A stretch of DNA of 64,000 nt from assembly GCA_002269645.1 (NCBI GenBank), contig NIVC01001131.1, forward strand, positions 140,979 through 204,978, read 5' to 3'. The stretch comes from Macrostomum lignano (taxonomy: Eukaryota). The notes below the pieces were generated by a model. The model worked only from the letters and a program-made list of their open reading frames with translations. It searched no databases and had not been told where the DNA came from. Below, piece by piece: positions 57,219 to 64,000 of the stretch (within the stretch, counting starts at the first letter, position 1; each line of letters begins with the position of its first letter). A program made the position numbers and the translations under genes.

Positions 57219-57519
57219 TTCAAAAATCCTCACTGAAAATTTTAGAACGTTACAAAAGCAAACAGAAACTTTTAGACGCTGCGACAATCCCATCAACTGC
57301 ATTCCTTTAGTCTGCATTGTAATGATAATTAATTTATGAATGCATGCCAACTCAGAGAACTTTAGAAAGCTTTGAACCAAACTTTGATCATAAGAGACCC
57401 AGATGGATTGTCTCAGAGCCTCTTGTACACTTGATCCACCAACTATCAAATGGAGTCGGTTTTTTTCAGAATCCTGTTTAATTCAATAATAATTGATTAC
57501 ACTGATGCCCAATGGCATG

Positions 57520-57790
57520 GGCAGATGTGCAACCGACAGCTCAGCCGAAGCCATTGTGCGGCGCATCTGAAGGCTGAGTACGGCTGTTCAGTCCAAGGAC
57601 TGGGGGGGGGGGGTCGCCACACACACCCTCAATTACCCCAGCTAATGCTGGCACCCATTTTACAGCTGGGTGAACTGAAGCAATGCAGAGTTAAGTGTCT
57701 TGCTCAAGGACACAAATTGTTCCAGTGGGATCGGGAATCGAACCCCCAACCTTCAAGTCGTGAGTCCGATGCTCTAACCGCTAGACTACA
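57520..57790 (-). mobile_element. tRNA-derived SINE
   Basis: Same family; ggttcgattcccgatccc B box on the minus strand. Confidence 0.85.
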
Positions 57791-58525
57791 ATTACAAGGT
57801 TTAATTCAGGTCGCGTCTTAAATAAGCAGAGCCCTAAAATATTTAACTTAGACATGTCAAAGCTCGACCTACTCCCAGCTCAAGCTCAAGCTATTCTACA
57901 GGTTCTAACCTCAGGAATAAAGTCAACCGCAGGCAGTTCTGTCCGAGGGCTACTCGCAATGTGTTTAAATCAATTCAGTAGATGCTCACTTTGATGGTCA
58001 CTCTGATTCTTACCTGAGAGCTGAGACTTCATGATTTAAAAGCTCTACTATAATCTCGGTGAACTAAGGTAAAATCGGTAAAATCAACTAAGGTCTTGGC
58101 CCCTAACAACTATCTCGCAGTTAAAACAAAATTCAAAAAACCTCAGCTATTGAACTTATCGATTTTTTTACCTGGTGCAGATATATGTCAGCTCTTTAAA
58201 ACACTGGTTCGCAATCAACGATCACCAAAGCTGACATGCCTAAAACAAGATGTGCTTTAGTGAACTCTTTACAACCCTTTTTTACCTTACTATGAATTAG
58301 CAATAAATAAATAGAAAAGGATCATGTCTTTTATTTTGCGTGTTTGCTATGCCAAAATAATTAAAACTTTCAAACTGATATCACGCGAGGAAGCTAATAA
58401 TCGTATATATTTATTGTATTAACTTTCCAACCCACATTTAGAAAAGCACCATGCACCAAAAGTCTGGGATAAGTTAAGCAGTCATGAGTCAGAACTGTCT
58501 GCTGAACAATACGAGCGCGGTAAGC

Positions 58526-59897
58526 TCAATAGCACTTGAACTTCATCAGAGTGCGCCGCATTGGAACGTATTTCCCGTTCACAGCGAAGCTGTTGTACGT
58601 TGGATTGTGAGTGATCTTTCTGTCGGTGGTGTAGGCTCCGTTCAGGTTTACATGGTGGCACGAGCCGTACCACCAACCACCGTAGCCAAACCTTCGAGAG
58701 CACGAATGCCTGTAGCTGTCGTGATCTCTGTCGAATGTGCTGAACCTCTTCTCTTTGTGGTAGAGAAACCCGTTGCCCAGTGCTGACCGGCCGACCTGCT
58801 GTCCGACGCGAAGGCGGTACTGCTGCTCAGGACCGAGCACTTGGAACATTCTGAACTCGGCTTTGTACTTCTTGCCTTTTAAGCTCTGAGCCTCGATTCT
58901 CAACCGGCACCGCGAAGTCAAGGCGTAGCCGTTCTTTTCACCAGTTTTCGTCATCTCCGACAGACGGTCCAAGCCTGTGGGTTGGAAATACAGAATAGTT
59001 AATCCCCCATTTAGGTATTTACGCAATTACTTCGTCACTGTAAAAAGCCGGTTCGCAATTTGTCAGAAAGGACTGAAAGTTACTTTGACCAACTGGAAGT
59101 TATTTTGACTAACTGGAAGCTACTTTGACTAACTGGAAGTTACTTTGACCAGGTATCTGAAGTTTTTTAGCTCCGCTTCTGCTCAACTCACCCATCCAGT
59201 AGTTGGAGCTGGGATTTCCGAATCCCTTCACATAGGAGTCCCAGTTCTGAGCGAACGAGAGGCTGCCGTCGACCCGCCTCTGAAACACGATCCAGCGGTG
59301 CCGGTTGCACCTCAGCCTCGGCAGGTTGGCGCTGCTCCTGCCGCCGAACCTCACCGGACTGCTGCCGACTCTGCCGAACGCTTCGAACTGCAGTGCCCGA
59401 CCGATGTCTGATGGGTTGCTCACGAGCTCGTCTCTGAGGTACCGGCACCTGCGGAACGAGCTGCACAGGAAGATGAGGTCGGCCCTCCTGCCCGAGTTTT
59501 TTACCCTCGCCATCACGGAGAGCCCGGACTGTCGGCTTGACAAGCCTTGATCCGCCTTCACATTCAGCCCGATGATTGACACGCGGCCGACTTTCTTCGA
59601 CGAGCCCTTGCGCGATCGGAGCGTGTTTGCATCGATGCGAACTGACAGAGTCAGCTGGTACTTCATGTAAACCCGGCTGAATTTCAGAGCACTGCATGAG
59701 GACTGGAAAGCAACTCTCGGCTCGGCAACGCGAACGCCATCGATTTCAAAGACGTCCAACTTCGATCCTTTGAATTTGGTGGTGCCGACTCGAGCGAAGC
59801 TGCCGACATCCATGTAACCCGACTGTCCGTTGATATCCGCAGATGTGCAGCAGGCGAGAGCCAGCAGAAGGCCGGTGATCAGAGTCCAGGACTGCAT
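58526..59897 (-). CDS. Secreted fibrinogen-related domain (FReD) protein; exons 59897-59192 and 58974-58526
   Basis: Signal peptide MQSWTLITGLLLALACCTSA. WIVFQRRVDGSLSF..NWDSYVKGFG....YWMG|LD, LRIE, YRLRV, FSTFDRDHD, GGWWYGSCHHVNLNG. Phase-1 GT-AG intron. Confidence 0.92.
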
Positions 59898-59972
59898 TTT
59901 GGCCGCAAGTTAAGCTAGTTAGAGTTATTGACTGAGTTCTGACCGAGGCGATGAGGGCCGCTGCAGGATTAG

Positions 59973-59986
59973 GGTTATATATAACC
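59973..59986 (-). promoter_or_regulatory. TATA box within the 14-bp palindrome GGTTATATATAACC upstream of the FReD gene
   Basis: ~80 nt upstream of ATG 59897; Inr-like tcagt near 59930. Confidence 0.5.
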
Positions 59987-62049
59987 GATTGATAAGGCTC
60001 TTAGAGGATCCCCACCTCCTCCAAATCGCCTGAAGTTGTCGAAACCGCCCTTCGGCTCAAAGCTTTTCTGAACAGGTGCGAAGCGTTTGAATCGGTTTCT
60101 GTCCGACAATATTTTTGGTCCGCCTTAGCAGCTGTTTGACAAAAATTTTCGAGGACTGCAATAACCCAAGAAAGTAACGCTTGAGAGTGTCTGAGCTACC
60201 GCTTAGCACATTTTTTGCGGGGTAATGGTGTTGGAAATATTTCCTAGTGAGCAGTAATGCGTCGAATATCTAAATAGGGAACGGACGAGAAATTTTGGAA
60301 TCCCAGAACCTAAGTGATCGATTGTCAATTCCTCACTGAGAAACGAGTTTTATTGGGCGTTTTCCATGTTTGAATATCTGCTGGACTGAAGGCGAAGCTA
60401 ATCGAGAGTGAAGACGACTCAAAATTTGCCTGACATAAGTCTCACTGACTTTGCAGTAGCCTATCGTTTTTTATTCAAATAGTTTTGAATATCGATAGTA
60501 ATATACGAAGCAATTTTATTTATAAGGTAGTCACTTGTTATTCCAACTTGCCTATAAAGAATCTATTGCAATCGTGAAAGTGTATATATTTTAGGGTCAG
60601 ATTGGTCAGGGAAATCAAAAAGTTCTGAACTAGGTGAATTTGATCCAATAAAATCAGCGTGACTCCTCTTTGTTCAAAGCAAGCCTAATCTAATTTTTCC
60701 TCTTTTTCCTTTATTTTCTCAAAGTTTCTCGAAAATTCATCTCATTTGATAAGAATCCAGCGCATCGGGGTGATGGGTTTCGACCTTTCGGCCCCTTGTG
60801 GGGAAGCCTTCGGGCCTCAGGTCTCAGAAATAAATCAATTAGAGTCCTGGCCCCCCACTCCTGTCAGATGGTCAGCTCCATGGTAGCTTGATCGTGTGGC
60901 GAGCAGTCTAGGTCCTATAGCTAAGAGAGGGACAGCGAGAGACAAGCAGGGAGAATTTTGAAGGTAGAAATTAGCTAATCCGTAGATTAACTAACCCGCT
61001 GCCACCAGCCCGTGCGTTCTGACTCACCAAACCGGTACTCTCGAAATCGGGCTTCCGACTAGAAGGGGCTTTGCACTTACCTGCCAACTAGTGTCTTTTT
61101 GCTGTCAATCTCGAAGTCATAGCCGGTGATAAGGGACACTGCTGGGACTAGATCGCATTGGCCATGCAGGTACAGAGGTGACTTGTGCAGGGGATTCTTG
61201 CAGTGGCGAGTCTATGGGGTAGCTACATGTACTATTACATTGCTAAATACGAAAATGTGTACTTTTGGCCTTCAACGCGCAAACTAGCCTCTCATAGCGC
61301 TGATGATAGACTAACTCGAACATCAGAGACCGCATGATTCATCACCCGAGCCGCTTGGCTAACCTAGAGTGCACAGAGTACGTCTCTTGAGCCGATTCTG
61401 CACTATTGGCAATTTCGCTAACTGATTTGATAGATTGATCGACTTAGAACTGCCTTGCCATTGGTCCACTGTGACCGGCGCCTACTAGCTTAGCTACTCA
61501 TCTGAGCCATCGGCGAACAAAGAAATAAAACCGATAAAAATAACTGTTAGATTTAACCTTCTCCTTAGATCACTTCACACTTCAGATTGAATTGGAGTTT
61601 TAGACTACTAATAGTATTATTAAGTGATTTCTGCCTCGATAACAGCACTGCTGAACAAAATAAGCAAAAGTGTGCGCCTAATCCAGCTACTGTAACATGG
61701 GACAGATAAGGAATCACCCAATCAAGCAAGTCTAGGCAGCTTCTCACCCAACCAATCAGAAACTCAACAGCCGGAGACCAGGTAATCCACAGTGACCGAA
61801 TCGGCTTAGTGCTTCGCAGCTGTAGTCCCGGGATGATGCTGATGTCACAATCTTTGCTGATAGCTAGCAGGTGATGCTCTTCACTTTGATGTTCACTGCT
61901 GATGACCGGGGGGATTCGTCCTTGATGATGATGAGGGAAGTCGCGATCCGGGGATGATCAAGAAACGACGGTCAATTCCTGGCCGGTGGAGCCAAGGGTG
62001 GCACCCGGTCGCAAGAAGATTGCCGTCTAAGCGGGCCAAAAACACCGGT

Positions 62050-62180
62050 TTAAATAGCCGCCAACTGGACCGCAGTTTGTTATAATGGAACACGTCGATT
62101 CTGATTGGCTGAGCCGATTTGTTAAAATGAGCGTCGAATTTTCTGATTGGATGAGCTAGTTGCTACCCAAAATCACGTGA
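62050..62180 (-). promoter_or_regulatory. Possible Pol II promoter (two CCAAT boxes, E-box TCACGTGA, TATTTAAA)
   Basis: ATTGG at 62104 and 62146, CACGTG at ~62174, tttaaata at ~62050. No downstream CDS identified. Confidence 0.3.
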
Positions 62181-63075
62181 CGGGAGATCCTATCAGTTCC
62201 CACAGGGTCGTAAAAAGATGACAGGTGCGGCCATAAATCAGTCAAAATCGCAACAAAATGATTTATGACATTTTGCGTAGAATCGACAAAAATGAATGAA
62301 AAATATACATTAGAAAGCTCTTATTAAATAGAAAGTGAAGATAATGAAGAGAAATTGCTAATCGCTAATCCCAAAGTACTTTTAGGGGTAAAACGCATAG
62401 CTGTCAAAACTGTCACACGCTTGAGTGAACACGAACAATAGGCTCTGACCTCATAAATCTTGATGGCCTGTCAAAATGATGAGAAAAAAGCTACCGCCCG
62501 CATCCTCTCAGACCATCTGGCGCCCGCTTCAACACTGAGTGAGGCGCAGGTGGCTGTCAGATCAGCTTCGAAAGCGATGATTTATGACCCAAAAAGCTGC
62601 GCCTATGTCATTATGACTACTAGTATGGCCAGACATTATATCTAGTATAGATTCTATGAAAATTCGCAGAAACAGGATAAAAATGCCCACTGCCCACTGT
62701 TAGTAGGCTAGTAGGTTTAGAGCCCATGTGCTAGCGCGGGATTTGGAAAAAAAGTGCGTCCTCATCAGGGGAATAAAAACAAGTAAAAACATTGGTGACG
62801 AAAATCAAGAAGATATAGAGGTGAAACTGAGCAAGCGTGGACAGATTAAATTATTCAATCAATTGAAACAAATTAAATCAAATTAATCTTATCCTTCCTA
62901 TATATTAAAAATATCTTTGAACCAAAGAAATCTATGGCTAATACTCAATTTAGACGCAACCATAACATATGGCACTGCAAAATCAACATGCACATGTCTT
63001 GTTAAAATATAAGCATGCTGTGCTGACTTCGTTCATATGTAACGAGGTCTGCTCAGCATTGAAGCAACTGACATC

Positions 63076-63926
63076 ATGAAAACGCTGCTACTTCTGCTGG
63101 TAAATACTCCGTCAAAATGGTTCACCTGTTCCACTTTTGCGTTCGGCTTCTCCTACTTTATCCTAACAAGTCGCTGTAAGCATTATTTATGATATTGATA
63201 AATGTGTTTTCTGTTGTTAGCTAGTACCAAACAAACAATAAAGCCTTGTTATTTGTTCAGCTTCCACAGATGCTGCCGTACTATTTAGAGGTCAGCGCAA
63301 CCTCCTTCAACCGGTTGGTCCTTCTCAGTTGGTGCTCATGCCCGATGGGAACGGCTCTAACAACATAGTAGCTTATAATGCTCGCCACCCTCCACGTAAC
63401 TCGAATAGAATTCAAAGTGACGATTCGAACCCCGCAGTCTGTGAGGTCACTCGGTCAGACGGCAGCTTGCATTACGTTGTCTGCAAGCAGTCTTCAAGCT
63501 ACGGAGACTCGTTCTGTTGCGGCAGACGGCCAGCTCAGTACTGCTGCAGCTTCGAAGAGTTCTACAAAAGCAAAAATCGAAAGAAGTCGGACAATTCTCA
63601 ATCTGGTTTGATCGAAAGAATTGGCGTGTTCGCCATCGGTTTTAGTCTGCTCCCTGCTGTTCTCCTGCTGTCTCTGCCTTATAGTCTGTCTGTGCATTGT
63701 GCAGCCGAAATGGCGTCAACGAACAGCGGTTGGCGCCATGCAGAGACGCACCGGTGGATCCGAGAAAAGCGGCTCTTCGGTGGCGTCTCAGAAAACTCTG
63801 TCGTCCATGCCGTCTCGTCCGGCGTCTCCGTCCCCGCCGCCGATGCAGCCTCCGCGGCAGCCTCAGATACCGCTTTCGCTGCAACTGCCTCCGCCGCCGC
63901 CGCCTTACTCACCTCCTGCTCAATAG
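63076..63926 (+). CDS. Shisa-like single-pass membrane protein (Cys-rich ectodomain, TM, Pro-rich PY tail), probable frameshift at 63640-63643
   Basis: C..C....FCCG....YCCSF ectodomain. The TM continues in the +1 frame as LVCSLLFSCCLCLIVCLCIV-QPKWRQR...PPPPPPY. Probable exon 1 at 63076-63175 and exon 2 from 63261. Confidence 0.65.
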
Positions 63927-64000
63927 CGGTAGCTGAATCAGTAGCAGCTTGTCAATGCGCACAAGCTTGATCTTTCAATTTACAGGTAAGAGTTGAAAAA

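Noticed and set aside
55564-57339. Repeat-protein ORFs (GDISPWGYFTL, NTCSQLWQHLFST)
   Set aside because: Translations of 16-17-bp and 22-bp minisatellites, cycling through all frames.

Overview
Eukaryotic (animal) genomic DNA, not prokaryotic. The alternative-start ORF track therefore misleads, and most real genes here are spliced. The SINE family, minisatellite-filled introns and lectin gene cluster look like a free-living flatworm such as Macrostomum, but the host is only my inference. Layout: (1) 1-12.3 kb is a tandem array of 1.1-2.9 kb composite repeat units, each carrying a short TTAGGG tract. (2) 12.6-56.4 kb holds five paralogous genes for secreted F-type-lectin-fold x2 + WSC proteins. 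Two belong to a duplicated two-gene block, and SINEs, MITEs, an RTE-like retrotransposon fragment and many minisatellites are interspersed. (3) At 14372-23977, inside an intron of the first lectin gene, sits a 9.6 kb Polinton/Maverick-type virus-like element. It has AGTAGT termini, long TIRs and a 6-bp TSD, and its empty site is visible in the paralog at ~41261. It keeps a capsid-assembly module: major capsid protein (one frameshift), adenain-like protease and A32-like ATPase. Its pPolB is internally deleted and its integrase is truncated and contains an intron. Most notably, it carries a divergent TATA-binding-protein (TBP)-like gene facing a PC4-like gene, a possible element-encoded mini transcription module. 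(4) The window ends with a fibrinogen-related (FReD) gene at 58.5-59.9 kb and a Shisa-like membrane protein gene at 63.1-63.9 kb. All homology calls come from motif recognition by eye; no database search was run.
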